A DNA stretch of 53,928 bases. Source: Octopus sinensis (Eukaryota). The stretch lies in NCBI RefSeq assembly GCF_006345805.1, contig NW_021833863.1, forward strand, positions 1-53,928, in the 5' to 3' direction. A model generated the notes under the pieces. The model searched no databases, was not told the DNA's origin, and was given only the letters and a program-made list of their open reading frames with translations. The position numbers and the translations under genes are program-made. Below are positions 24,129 through 37,190 of the stretch, piece by piece. Positions within the stretch are counted from its first letter, which is position 1, and each line of letters opens with the position of its first letter.

Positions 24129-24542
24129 CGACTCCTGCACTCGGGCTGTTCGAGCTTAGCCCGAGTATAAATTTAATAAAGTGAACGTGTATTTGCGAGC
24201 TGATTTAATTTGTGCCAACACTGACTTCAATTATGTAATCGGGCTCCTTTTATTGAGCCTAGTTGCATTTCATTTATTTTCGTTAACGTCTGACTTTCTC
24301 ACGACAGCGTTCAAAGCTGCTTGACTTAGGCTTATGAAGTTACAACTCCAGTTGTTATCTATAATCGTAAAAAATTAAAGTGATTAGAATTCAAAGTTTT
24401 CTTGAAACAATCAATTTCTATAGAGATTAGGATTTAAATTCCAATCTATGAAATGTTTCCATTCTATACATGTTTCTTATGCGAAATCTGTGATGATCCC
24501 GGGTGACTCTGATGACCTAGAGGCGCCTCTGATATATATATA

Positions 24543-24936
24543 TCTTTATATATAAAACTGTAGTTGTGTGAGTGTCTGTCCCCTTCGATTTAGATTCCTA
24601 ACTACTCCCACATTTGGCGGTGCAGTTAAACCAAAACCGGGTATCTTATAGTCGTGATTCATATCGAGACCTTCTGGATATTAGCGCGCGTCTACGATGA
24701 GTCTACGATTTTAAAAATAAGTTACCATCATTTTTTTCCATTTTCATGCATATTTTTTTAAAGGGAAGTAACTCTCTAAAAATGTCTACGATGAGTCAAC
24801 GATTTTTAAAAAAATTTACCATCATATTTTTTCCATTTTTAATGCATTTATTTGCTATTTTTTGGCTATAACTCTCTAAAAATGCTGTATAGTTATTTCC
24901 CTTACAAACCCGAGCAACGCCGGGCGATACTGCTAG
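24543..24936 (+). mobile_element. Non-autonomous Helitron (394 bp)
   Basis: 5' A|TCTTTATATATAAAA; subterminal hairpin CCCGAGCAACGCCGGG; 3' CTAG|T; internal ~94-bp direct duplication starting at 24690 and 24784. Confidence 0.85.
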
Positions 24937-24951
24937 TATATATATATTAAT

Positions 24952-25146
24952 GTGTGTGTGTCTGTATTTTTCCCCCGCCACCGCTTGACCACCAGTGTCG
25001 GTGTGTTACGTTCCCGTAACTTAACGGTTCAACAAAGAGACCGGCAGAATAAGTACTACTCTTTAAAAAAGTATTCATTCGACCAACATTCTTTAAGGCG
25101 GTGCCCCAGCAAGTTCGCAGTCTAATGAGTGAAACAAGTAATGAGA
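24952..25146 (+). mobile_element. SINE-B 3' half
   Basis: CCGCTTGACC..CGTAACTTAACGGTTC..AAGGCGGTGCCCCAGC..GAAACAAGTAA. Confidence 0.8.
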
Positions 25147-25149
25147 TGA

Positions 25150-25357
<208 letters not shown>

Positions 25358-25627
25358 TGTGTGTTTATATATTATATAGAGATATATGCACATATTTATG
25401 TTTATATACTATATATTCATAAATGTGTGTGTACACCAACTTTAAATTGCATCAATCGAGAGGAATAGTATTGTTCAATACATGTAACGAATATGGTGCG
25501 CTGAAAGTGTAGCGCGAATGTTAATTTTTACGGTAATGTGCTTTTTTTCCTGAAGATCGCATTGGCTTGAAACTCGAATCGTAATATATATTCAATTTCA
25601 TTCCTCATCAGATACACATACATTTAA

Positions 25628-25986
25628 CGTGGCACTCCGTCGGTTACGACGACAAGGGTTCCAGTTGATCCGATCAACGGAACAGCCTGCTCGTGAAATT
25701 AACGTGCAAGTGGCTGAGCACTCCCCAGATACGTGTACTCTTAACGTAGTTCTCGGGGAGGTTCAGCGTGCCTTTGAAATACATGTACAACAGAAACAGG
25801 AAGAAAGAGTGAGAGAAAGTTGTGGTGAAAGAGTACCGCAGGGTTCGCCACCACTCCCTGCTAGAACATCGTGGAGCTTTAGGTGTTTTCGCTCAATAAG
25901 CACTTACAACGCCCGGTCGGGGGATCGAAATCGCGATCCCACGACCGCGTGTCCGCTGCCCTAACCCCTAGGCCATTGCGCCTCCA
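25628..25986 (-). mobile_element. SINE-C
   Basis: Colinear with the 14020-14395 copy, with an internal deletion. Confidence 0.9.
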
Positions 25987-26574
25987 TACACGCATACATA
26001 CATACACATACACATTTCTGTCAAACTGATAATAATTCGTGGGCTTCACCGAGACTGAAAGCAACAGCATATGTAATGATTCTGAATATCCTCGCCAGAA
26101 TCGAAAGTGAATATCTGAACAGTGTTGTTTTTCACTGTTGGAGAACACCTCCCTTTAGGCATTGTGTATTCATAATACACCTGAATAGCTGATGTAAGGG
26201 GGACTTAAGACGCTCCGTGTTTTGTCCTTATTTAATGTTTCCTCACTCAAAGAATTCTAGGACCAATTACTCTAACAAGAGTACATGCCCGTGTATGGAG
26301 AAATAAGCAAATTATTTGCTGATGCGTGCTGGTATCTTGCCCAACTGATAATAATTCACGTGTTACACGCATAATGAGAATCCAAACAATACTTATCTAT
26401 TCTTTCTGAAATATGTTCTGGTGAATATTCACGTTCCAGTGTGCCTGAACATATTGAGTATGATGGACATGTTTACATTATTATTTATAACTGCGCCGTT
26501 CTGCGTGCACCCGATGAATTGTATTCACCATTACTTTTGTCAATAATCATCCGATATACGTTGATTTGTTCACC

Positions 26575-26770
26575 ACCTAGAACTCAGAATGTAAAGGCGG
26601 ACAAAATGCCTCTAAGCATTTTTTTTCCGGCGTGCTTACGATTCTACCAACTCACCACCTTGATTATATACAAAAATAATGGTTTCAAATTTTGGCACAG
26701 AGCCAGCATTCTTTTGAGGGGAGGCGAAGTCAATTACATTGCCCCCCCCCAGTACTTGTTCGGTACTTAT
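26575..26770 (-). mobile_element. SINE-A tail of one copy followed by the head of the next
   Basis: Tail 26680-26770 and head 26575-26662. Confidence 0.65.
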
Positions 26771-27479
26771 TGATATAAACAGTCTAGCATGTAATACAGT
26801 TCCTGTTTTCGTTGTCCTCGACGACACTTACGAAACTCAGAAAATTAACAGAGAAATCTCAGGAGAAATACATCTGTGCGTGTAGCGAAACTGGAAGTAA
26901 ATAAAGCTACAATTAACAACGTTGCATGTTTGCAGAAGATGTGGGTTCGAGTCCCATGGGCAGCCCTCGACTTTTTCTCTCCAAAGGATTCTTTTAAACA
27001 CAATATTTACACGCCATTATTTATAGCTTTATGTGCTTCGAGTTTCACCTTCCTAAGAAAGAATTATTTCACGCTCTCTCGAAGTTTCTAAATACTTATG
27101 ACGTTAATATATCTATACATCTCTCTCTCTCTCCCTTTCTTCTCCTCTATCTCTCGCCACACACACACATATACACACACATACACACACATATACATGC
27201 GCACACAAGCACAGATGTACACTCACATATGTATCAAAGTTGTACTGTCTCGGTAATTGATTTGATTGGGGCTGTTTCTTGAAACTGAAACAATTGCATT
27301 TAAAAGAATTATGTTAGCCATTTAAATTCAATCGTATACTTTTGCGTTCTCTCCTCTTTATTTTTTAATAAGACTGTATTGAATAGCGTTCAAAAAGCAT
27401 GCGAAACACATTTGCTACCTGAGCACTAACGCTCCACTACGAATATATGTCTATACGCATATATCTATATGTATGTGTG

Positions 27480-27619
<140 letters not shown>

Positions 27620-28328
27620 GCCTAAACGAATTTCTGTGCGTCAGTGTGTCACATTTTGATCCCCTCTCTCACTATTCAATGACACATCTCCTATTCCTCA
27701 TGTTGGGGTGAGCGTAATAGTAGGTATAGAGACGGTGAGGGCCGAAGTAGATTCACGGTTGTGATGGTAATGGTGTGATAGTAATAGTAAGAGCTGTAGT
27801 TGTGATAGAGGCAGAGCCGACGATGATGGTGGTGGTGGTGGTGGTAGCCAAAGCGGTCAGGGATAACGGTGATAGTGAGTGATGTAAAGGAAGTGGTGAT
27901 GGTGGCGGAGGGGAAGGCGGCGAAGTTAAAGGTATTGATGGTGGTGGCGTCAGAGGTCTGAATGGTGTGTATATGGCAGTTGTGGTGGCGATGATGGTTG
28001 TACAGGTGATGGTGATGGTTGAAAACAACCAACAGAAAGAGAGAGGGAGAGAGAAAGAGAGAGAGAGAGAAAGAAAGAGGTTACATCGAAAAAAAACCGT
28101 ACTGACCTCCGAATGGGAAAGCAAAAAATATTTATCATGCAGCTTTGCAATAAGTTCCAAGTCGATAAATTATATCATTGTTTTTATGAAAATTTTTCAT
28201 TGCTTGAAAAATATCGGTCAAGTTTAATGAAATTTAATATGTACTCAATACATGAAGTGAAGTGTCATTGTTGGCCCCAAGGCTCAATGAAGAGTCCACC
28301 ACGGGAGCTAGCTTAAAAGCCAGTATAT

Positions 28329-28665
28329 ATAGGAGTGGCTGTGTGGTAAATAGCTTGCTTACGAACCACATGGTTCTGGGTTCAGTCCCACTGCGAGGCA
28401 CCTTGGACAAGTGTCTTCTACTATAGCCTCCGGCCAACCAAAGCCTTGTGAGTGGATTTGGTAGACGGAAAATGAAAGAAGCCCGTCGTATATATGTATA
28501 TATAAATATGTGTGTGTATATGTTTGTGTGTCTGTGTTTGTCCCCCTAACATCGCTTGACAACCGATGCTGGAGTGTTTACGTCCCCGTAACTTAGCAGT
28601 TCGGCAAAAGAGACCGATAGAATAAGTACTAGGCTTCCAAAGAAATAAGTCATGGGGTGGATTTG
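28329..28665 (+). mobile_element. SINE-B, 3'-truncated
   Basis: Head, CORE-like block and internal microsatellite present; terminal tail absent. Confidence 0.9.
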
Positions 28666-28717
28666 CCCTTTAATTGTGGCAATAGGACAATCTTCATCAT
28701 CATCATGAACAACAGCA

Positions 28718-28718
<1 letters not shown>

Positions 28719-28751
<33 letters not shown>

Positions 28752-28810
28752 TACTACTACTACTACTACTACTACTACTAATACTACTACTACTACTGCT
28801 GCTGCTGCTG

Positions 28811-28888
<78 letters not shown>

Positions 28889-28911
28889 TATAATAATAAT
28901 AATACTACTAC
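28719..28911. repeat. (ACT/GCT/AAT)n microsatellite
   Basis: Direct reading. Confidence 0.9.
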
Positions 28912-28995
28912 TCCAGTATTTACATGAGTTGGTATCTGTGAATCGTTCAGAACTCAGTTTTCACCCCTTTCCATGGAGTCTGCCCGACAGGCCTC

Positions 28996-29178
28996 TAAAT
29001 AAATACCTATTTCTTTATTACCCACAAGGGGCTAAACATAGAGGGGACAAACACGGACAGACATAGGTATTAAGTCGATTACATCGACCCCAGTGCGTAA
29101 CTGGTACTTAATTTATCGACCCCGAAAGGATGAAAGGCAAAGTCGACCTCGGCAGAGTTTGAACTCTGAACGTACCGG
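28996..29178 (-). mobile_element. SINE-A, 5'-truncated, tail type 2
   Basis: Ends AATAAAGAAATAGGTATTT. Confidence 0.85.
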
Positions 29179-29519
29179 CAGACCACCGCCGCCACCATTA
29201 CCGCCACCTGTAGTAGTAGTAACAGAACAATCAATGCTACCAAACATAGTTGGTGCGGCACATCATAATGAATGTTCGCGTGTCCAAGCCTTCAATTTTC
29301 AGCCCTCCCGCTACCTGCAATTACTGTACAACGCTATGAACGTGAATGCGTTTATGAAAACGCAATATGAAAAGTTAATGAATGGGATACGTAGGGGAAG
29401 GGGTTGATATTACGTAGGGGTGCCATCTGAATGAAATATATACAGCTAAGTATAGTCTAGCATGGAAATGCTTCTACTTATAAAACTTACATCTGAAGGC
29501 AACAAAATCAGTAATTCTG

Positions 29520-29680
29520 CTCCTTACGCTCTGAGTTCAAATGTCGCCGAAGTCAGTTTTTACTTTTCATCTGTTCGGTGTTGGTTATAAAAGTACCAGT
29601 TGAGCACTGGGGCCCGATGTAATCGATTTTGCACTTCCCTCAAAATTGCTGGCCTTGTGCCAAAATTAGAAAGAATTAAT
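29520..29680 (+). mobile_element. SINE-A, 5'-truncated, tail type 1
   Basis: TACGCTCTGAGTTCAAAT...GGCCTTGTGCCAAAATTAGAAAG. Confidence 0.75.
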
Positions 29681-29719
29681 TAAATTTGGACCCGAGGGAA
29701 GGAGTAATTCTATAGGTTA

Positions 29720-30105
29720 TTTATGCATACACTCGCACGCACAAGTGAACACAGACACACACACACATACACACACACACACACACGTGCACACACAAAC
29801 ACACAAACGCACACACACACATACACCTACGTACACGCCCTGCCGACACACACATAGACACGCACAAGTACACAAATTCACTCTTTCACGCACATTCATG
29901 CACATAATTACACACCCACACATATAAACAGACATACACACACACACAAACGCACACACACAAAAGTGCACACACATACACATCTACTTACACGTTCTGC
30001 CGGCACGCACATAGACACACACACGTACACAAATTCACTGTTTCACACACAATCATACACATAATTACAATCACACACACTCTCTCTCGTTTTCTCCTTC
30101 TGTCA

Positions 30106-30150
<45 letters not shown>
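29720..30150. repeat. (CA)-rich tract with a ~158-bp-period internal duplication
   Basis: GCCGACACACACATAGACACGCACAAGTACACAAATTCACT at 29841 recurs, diverged, at 29999. Confidence 0.85.
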
Positions 30151-31408
30151 TGTATGTCCTGAGCATAGGGATGCTTCAATGAAAAGATAACATGATTGAT
30201 AGCATAGCTACATCGATTAGTTTATCTTGGCAGTGCTGTTATATCAATTAATTTTGTATTAGCTTTGTGTAGTTGATATCGATTAGTTAGTTTGTCAATT
30301 CTCTGTACACACACCAAGCCACTCTCTATACGTTGGCAGTATATTTGTGTTTTTATACGTACTTCTTTTTTGGTGATAATAACCTTTGCAGTAATAACAA
30401 TGTATGTTATTTGTGTGTATATTCTTCTGGGAAATCCTTACCCGCGTTCTCCTATGAATAAGCTTTTTTATTCATTAAATTATATCTCAACTGCTGTGAT
30501 TAAAAATATAAGTTATTTAACGTGGAATGATCTGTGTCTTCCCTGACTTCGGGGATTAATATGATTGACACCTAGTATGCATACATCTAGGTCATTATCT
30601 GAAGAATAACACAATAAAAATTGAAACATGGGTTGTTCTTGCTGTTGTTATTGTAACTGGAGGCTTTAATCCAAATGCCTTGCAATAGAGTAAGTTTAGT
30701 GTTGTAAATATATCGATTGATTGTCTATCAACAGCTTTACCCCACTGGCGGTGTGTTTTCGATTTTCAAAGATTTATTTATTTCCAATATTTACAAGAGA
30801 TTGTAAAATGGTATTTAAGTTATTGTTGGTTGTAGGATTAGCGTGTAAATAAGCGAATGGAGAGCCGTCAATGTCGACGATGAGTTTTCAGTTGTTCTAT
30901 TAGCTGAACTAACCATTCATTGAATTAGTGTAAGGCAGTACGTGTTGTGATGTGGTGGTTGTGTAACTCAATGATCCTGAGAGCTCTTCTAGCGGAGTAC
31001 AGTCTACTGGTAGGTTCACTCATGGTGGACAGGTTAAAGGATAGGAGCCTGGCAAATATAGACCACCTCTTCCAAGAAATAAATATGGGTTTGTTTGTGT
31101 TGGGCTAATATTTATAGCTAGAAAAAAAAAGCAGTTACAGAACCATTGATAATAATTCAAAACCAACAAGACCTGGGAGAGGGAGGCTTTGTCTTGTGGG
31201 AACACGTTAAGTAGGCACCCACCGGGAGGTAATCAGACAAAACACCTCAGAATCAAAAACAGGGGTGAAAGTCGTCAATATCTTGTGATCCACTGGGAGC
31301 GATGGGACTGAGGAAAAAGTAAGGCATATGACAAGATGGGGCTGTTGAATTACAATCTATAGACGTGCTTCATTCACGAAAGGCTGAGGTTAATTCGAGG
31401 CTAAGATA

Positions 31409-32282
31409 TGAGGTCTGATCAATAAGTATCCGGCCAGTTGCCATAGTAATGAAGCTACAGCATGCAGAGTTCAACTGCTGGGTAGAGATTGACTTTGACT
31501 TCTGATGTGCATGCACATTAAGTTTTAACATTCTAGCTCACTCCCCTTGTTTGCAACTGTGCTTGGAAGTAACGTGTGTAACGTGTGATTATCTCATTGA
31601 CCATAACAGAGAGAGTTGTCATGGCGATACCTGCTCAGGGGCCTACGCAAAGTTGCAGAAAGTGTATGGAGAGGAGTGTATGAGTTGCGCAAAGATTTAC
31701 GAGTAGTTCAGACGTTTCCAGAATAGTCGAAGAAACGTCGATAGTGACAAGCGTTCTGAGAGACCTTCAGCCAGCAGAACTGAGAAAACATCACAGATGT
31801 GCATGCAACTGTAAGGAGAATCACCAAATCACTATCTGTGAGCTATTAGAGGATGTGAAGATTAGTTACGGTTCAGTTCACTTCATTATCACTGAAAATT
31901 TGGGTGAGACGTGTGTCTGCTAAATTTGTGCCAAAACTGCTTTCAGTTGACCAAAAACACTCGGGTTTCAGTTGTACAAGATCTCCTTGATTGTGTCGTG
32001 ATAAAAACTTTTTGTGTAGGCCTCTGAGCGCGTATCACCAAGCTTTTGGCAAAATTTGAGGCAGATTTTCTGCGCAGCTTCCTCTGTCATGGTCAATGCG
32101 ACGATCACACGTTACACACGTTACTTCCAGGCACTTCTGTAAACAGCAGAAGTGAGCTAGAACGTTAAAACTCAGTGCACATGCACAGCAGAATTCAAGG
32201 TCACTCAGTGCCAAGTGGCTTTACTCTGCGTGCTTTAGCTTCTTTACTATGGCAACAGTTCGGATACTTATTGATCAGATCA
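31409..32282 (+). mobile_element. Non-autonomous mariner derivative with a partial transposase
   Basis: TA|TGAGGTCTGATCAATAAGTATCCG ... CGGATACTTATTGATCAGATCA|TA. Broken ORF GDTCSGAYAKLQKVYGEECMS..IYE*FRRFQ..D..RS.RPS...RRVSAKFVPKLLSVDQK is a mariner N-terminal HTH plus WVP-like linker; no catalytic domain. Confidence 0.9.
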
Positions 32283-32464
32283 TATATATATATACTACTT
32301 CTTCAAATTAGCAAGCAGTCGGATCGAATCTGGAACACCACGAGTGTGAATTGAACTCCTTAACCATTCGACCAGGTTGCGTTCACAGGGACGTGTGTAT
32401 GCGTGTATGTATAATGTGAGACAAAAATGCTCCTAAACTGCGTTCTGTATACAATATGTTCAAA

Positions 32465-32843
32465 ACTACATCTACCGGATGATACGGGCTGCATCATCAG
32501 TGATATTTTGGGGGCCTAGGGAGTTTCGGATCTTTCAACATCAGATCCTCTTGCTTTGTTAAACCAGCTGAGGTTGATCAAATCCTAGCTTGCATCTCGA
32601 TAGCTGCAAACCACCATCTTGCTCCCTTTATCCAAAGTCACCTAGTAGCCTTCCCTGCACCTTTATAGATTTTCTCATTGCAGGCATCAGTAACTCCAAG
32701 ATCAGACAAAGACTTGTAAAATGATCGCCCCACAAAACCCCGATAGCTCAATTTCCTCACAACGTTTCTTCCAGCTTTGATGTCTGCACTGCTCTATCAG
32801 CTCCTGGTATTTGGCAAGCTTCCTCTGATGATCCTACTTTTAG
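32465..32843 (-). mobile_element. 3' fragment of a HERO-like (restriction-like endonuclease) non-LTR element
   Basis: HQRKLAKYQELIEQCRHQSWKKRCEEIE..RGFVGRSFYKSLSDLGV...KAT R*LWIKGARWW resembles the RLE C-terminus (K..KY..L....W...EVG.RGF.G.S...WLWI), followed by a 3' UTR; flanked by a direct repeat. Confidence 0.7.
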
Positions 32844-35007
32844 ACTGCGTTCTGTATATGATACTCAAAATATGTCAGAATCTCACATATATAATGCAGT
32901 AAGTTGAACGTCTTCGATAAACTAAAATTGTTCACGCAAAGCAAATGATTTGAAATAAACTCCCTCTAGGATTTTAAAATCTAAAAGCAACAAACAAGAG
33001 AGATAACTGCAATAAGGCTGGTTGATCGAAATGTTTGACTAAATAAGTCATTCACATTGGAGTGGATCCGATCTTTAATGTTGATGTTTCAGTCATTCTT
33101 CTGATGTACCTTTAGATAGCTTGATGTCCTTAACCCCTTTTGTACTATGGCATGACATCATTTTATGAGTAACTGTAGATTAAACGGTGTATTTTTTTCA
33201 ATAGATTAGTCAAGAGCCTAGATCGTGACTTTTGCTGACCCTACTAAGATATGTAAGATTGATGTAGCTCTTCCCATCCTGAATCTCTCTAAACCAAATG
33301 TATATGCCTTTTTTCTTTTATAGTTTAGTCAAAAGACCAGCTGCGGTGTTCATGAACTTTGCATATCCGTTCAGACGTGCAGATAAATGAAATGGACGCG
33401 GTTCTGCTTATCCTGACCATTCATCCATGGCTCAATATCTGCATCTAAGACATGAGTGTATATAGTGCCAGGTAGTCTGATCCAGACATTTGCAACAGAA
33501 ATATTTTAATCCTCGGAATATATCGATCATTTTCGTAATCATGAGCTTTCTTTCGATTTTACTAAATTTACTTTCAATGTTTCGAGTTGATTGCTGTGGG
33601 ATTTACGTTGGGGGTTAAAATGAAAGTAATGTTTTGATACGTATACCATTCTGATTGTTATTTATTCTTGTTGTAATGTGGCTTAGTTTTTCGTTTTCCT
33701 TTTGACAAGAAACTATATCGTTTACTTCAATTTTCTTGTAAATATATCGATTACTCGCCTATCATGATGTTTTCCTTTCGATTTTTGTAAATGTACGTCA
33801 CTTATTTAGAGTAGATGAGCTGTGGGGTTTGAGTTATTGTGTGGTGTAGGAATGGTGTTCGGGTAAGTGTTGTGCTGAAATTAAATTTAGGCTTAAGCAT
33901 TCGACGATAAAGTTAAATGTAGTGCCAGGCTAGAAGTGGTGGATGCGAACGGATTAGATTTTCAATTACAGTAATGAAGTAATGAATATTTCTCTTCGAC
34001 ACGTAGTTTATGATAATTATGTTTACGATTCTTTTAAAGAAAAATCGAAATATTATCTCAAATAAAAAAGAAATGAAAACAAAATTGAACGGGTAATGAA
34101 AGAAAAAAGTGGAGCGTTGGGAAATGAAAGAAAAAAATGGAGGGATAATATAAAAAAATTTTAAAGAAATAAATATTTAAATAAAAAAGAAACGAGTGAA
34201 ACAAAGTGAATAGTTCTAAAACAAACGGAAACGATAAATTGCGTTGATAGGGAGTTTAAATCCATTACAGAAAAATAAACTTGTCAAAGATCCATCGCTA
34301 TCAGTAGAGAATATTGCGAGTGACGAAAGAGACAACGAGAGTCGCTACAATTAACATCGAAATTTTCCATCAAATTACACCCTACTGTCGTCATAAAAAT
34401 GGGAGGAAACACAACATTATGTATTCCTAGGTACACTGTGTCTTGTTTAAAATATGTGATGGTCATGACTAGAAATATTTTAATCACAGTTGTGCTCGAT
34501 TAGCTCAACGGTAGGGTTATGTAACCACAACAAATATCTCTTAAATCATATTCTACTGCATCAAAAAAGGGAAAGACATTGGATAATGTTTCACAATCTT
34601 TGGTGGAAGCAAGCAAAAACGTGATAGTTACGTCTGGAACGATTGATAAGAGATTTGCTCAAACAGGTCTGAGATAGAGCTATACGACAGCTATCACAAC
34701 AATAAAACTTGATAGCATTTGTTGGTAGCGGACTCATTTAACAAATTCTAAGGTCTATGAAAGACTACAATTGAAGAAAACAATTGAGGAATTTTTCTCC
34801 AAACAATACAAAACCTTCATACAATGGAATAATTTGGATTACCGAGGGTGAGAAGAGGCTGACGTTTTTGTTAGGACTTTACCAAAGTGAATACGCCCAC
34901 CACTCTACATAAACTCAAATACACGCCCATACACAAACTCAAACACAAATATTCCTAGACAGAGGCCCCTGACAGAAACATCAGGTCTCTCCATAAAGTG
35001 CCACTCC

Positions 35008-35173
<166 letters not shown>

Positions 35174-35280
35174 TTGTTATATTTCGGAATGGTCATTTTG
35201 CCAGTTTAGCCAATAAAAACACACGCACTATATATTTGGTGTTACTTTGCTTTAAACGTATATATATATATATATATATA

Positions 35281-35447
35281 CCTTCGAAACACGTATTGAG
35301 TCGAAAAAGGGGAAGCTGATGAAAGGGAATATTCCTTGTATTGTTTGTCTTGTACTCTGTTTTTCGTTGTTAAAAAAAGTCCGTTTCCTTGTTTGATTTT
35401 ATGTTTTCATTTCTCGTTGTGTTCTACATTATTTGTGGTGTCCTGTA

Positions 35448-35518
<71 letters not shown>

Positions 35519-35600
35519 CATGTATATATACATATAGATGTAGGTATGTACATATATGTATGTATGTATGCATATGTTTTATTTATTAAATTGTTATTAT
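35281..35600 (+). mobile_element. Penelope-terminus-like repeat, family 3
   Basis: Colinear with 14690-15000(-); bounded by (TA)n. Confidence 0.65.
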
Positions 35601-35763
35601 ATGATTGAACACCTCGCGTCGATTTCTTTTTTCTTATTCTCCAAGTAAGTTTTTATTATATATATATATATATATGTATGTATATATATATACACGTAAA
35701 TGTCGAGCAATGAGAATGATTGCTCAACACCGCATTGGCGGATAAAATCTATTTGTGTACTAA

Positions 35764-35969
35764 GGCTGCCATTGGTTTCATGTTAGAAAAAAATCTTAAT
35801 ATCTTAACAATTTTTCAACCCGATCACATGGAGGAAAGGTGTTCGTCACCATTTTAGATAAAAACACCATTTTATCCAAAATGGAGACGAAAACCTTTCC
35901 TCCATGTGATCGGCTTGAAAAATTGTTAAGACATTAAGATATTGTCTTGACATAAAACCAATGGTAGCC
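35764..35969. mobile_element. PIF/Harbinger (Tourist-like) MITE, 206 bp
   Basis: TAA|GGCTGCCATTGG ... CCAATGGTAGCC|TAA: 3-bp TAA TSD; the whole element is a near-perfect palindrome. Confidence 0.85.
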
Positions 35970-35979
35970 TAATACACAA

Positions 35980-36029
<50 letters not shown>

Positions 36030-36442
36030 GTGTGTGTGTGTACGCACATACATACACTACACAAATACATAACGATTTTATTCCTTTTTTTTACAGTTTC
36101 CTCGTCTTTTATTATCACCTCATCCATTACCACCAGCAACATCAGCACCACCGGCATCACCATCATCGTCTTCGTCGTCGTCATTCTTCTCTTCCTCTAC
36201 TACCGCCTCTTCCCCTTCTTTTTCCTTTTCCTACTCGTTCTCCTTTACCTAGTCCTCTACGTCCCCTCTTCCCTCCACCCCACCGTTTCATCATCATAAT
36301 TATCTACATGTATTTATCCTAACAGAGGAGCCGTTGTAGATTGACTTCCAATAATAAGTAGACACGCAGAGTATGTGTACGACTCAACTACAAACTAGTT
36401 AAATGATTGACTTTCCGGCTGTAAGATCAAGGAAGCACGCAG

Positions 36443-36629
<187 letters not shown>

Positions 36630-37190
36630 CGCACACTCTCTCACATAGACACGCGCACGACACACACATTTTAATTCCAGAATATATACTTTAGTTAAAT
36701 TCTTCTAGGAAGTTTTTTTTTTCTTTTTGTATATTATCATCTTCAGTTAGTTTTGCTCTTGTTACATCGATTAGCGTATTTGTTCTTCATTCTTTAGCTG
36801 AATCGATTAGTGTTTCCTTACTTCTCAGAGTTAAATAGATTAGTTGTTTTGGAGATGGTTTGGAGACATTGTAGTGACGGCGCTGGTGGTAGTGTTGGTG
36901 GTAGTGGTGTGTGTGAATGTGGAGGGGAAGCGGGTTTATTTATCGAATAGTGGTGGTAGAGATGTGTCTGAGGAAAGGGTTATTTATCGAAGCTGTATCG
37001 ATTAGTATGTGTTCACATTGTTTATAGTAATATCGGTTAGTTTATTTTAATGTCTCATGTCTCAAAGATGAACTGATTGCTTGTTGTTCAATTTTATTTA
37101 TTAAAACAATTTAGGTTTATTTCACTACTGTCTTGATGTTAGTTTAATTAATGCATAGCTACAAGCAAAATTTACTCTGTTCATAAAGTA

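Noticed and set aside
26250-26570. Possible GIY-YIG remnant on the minus strand (STYIG)
   Set aside because: Immediately followed by a stop, with no other conserved residues found
32494-32560. GAAA...CUGAUGA in the HERO-like 3' UTR as a type II hammerhead or SECIS
   Set aside because: The closing stem II pair is absent and I found no convincing SECIS helix by eye
33180-33480. Possible Tc1 transposase remnant on the minus strand (YTHVLDADIEPWM)
   Set aside because: A single weak motif with no TIRs or catalytic residues recognisable
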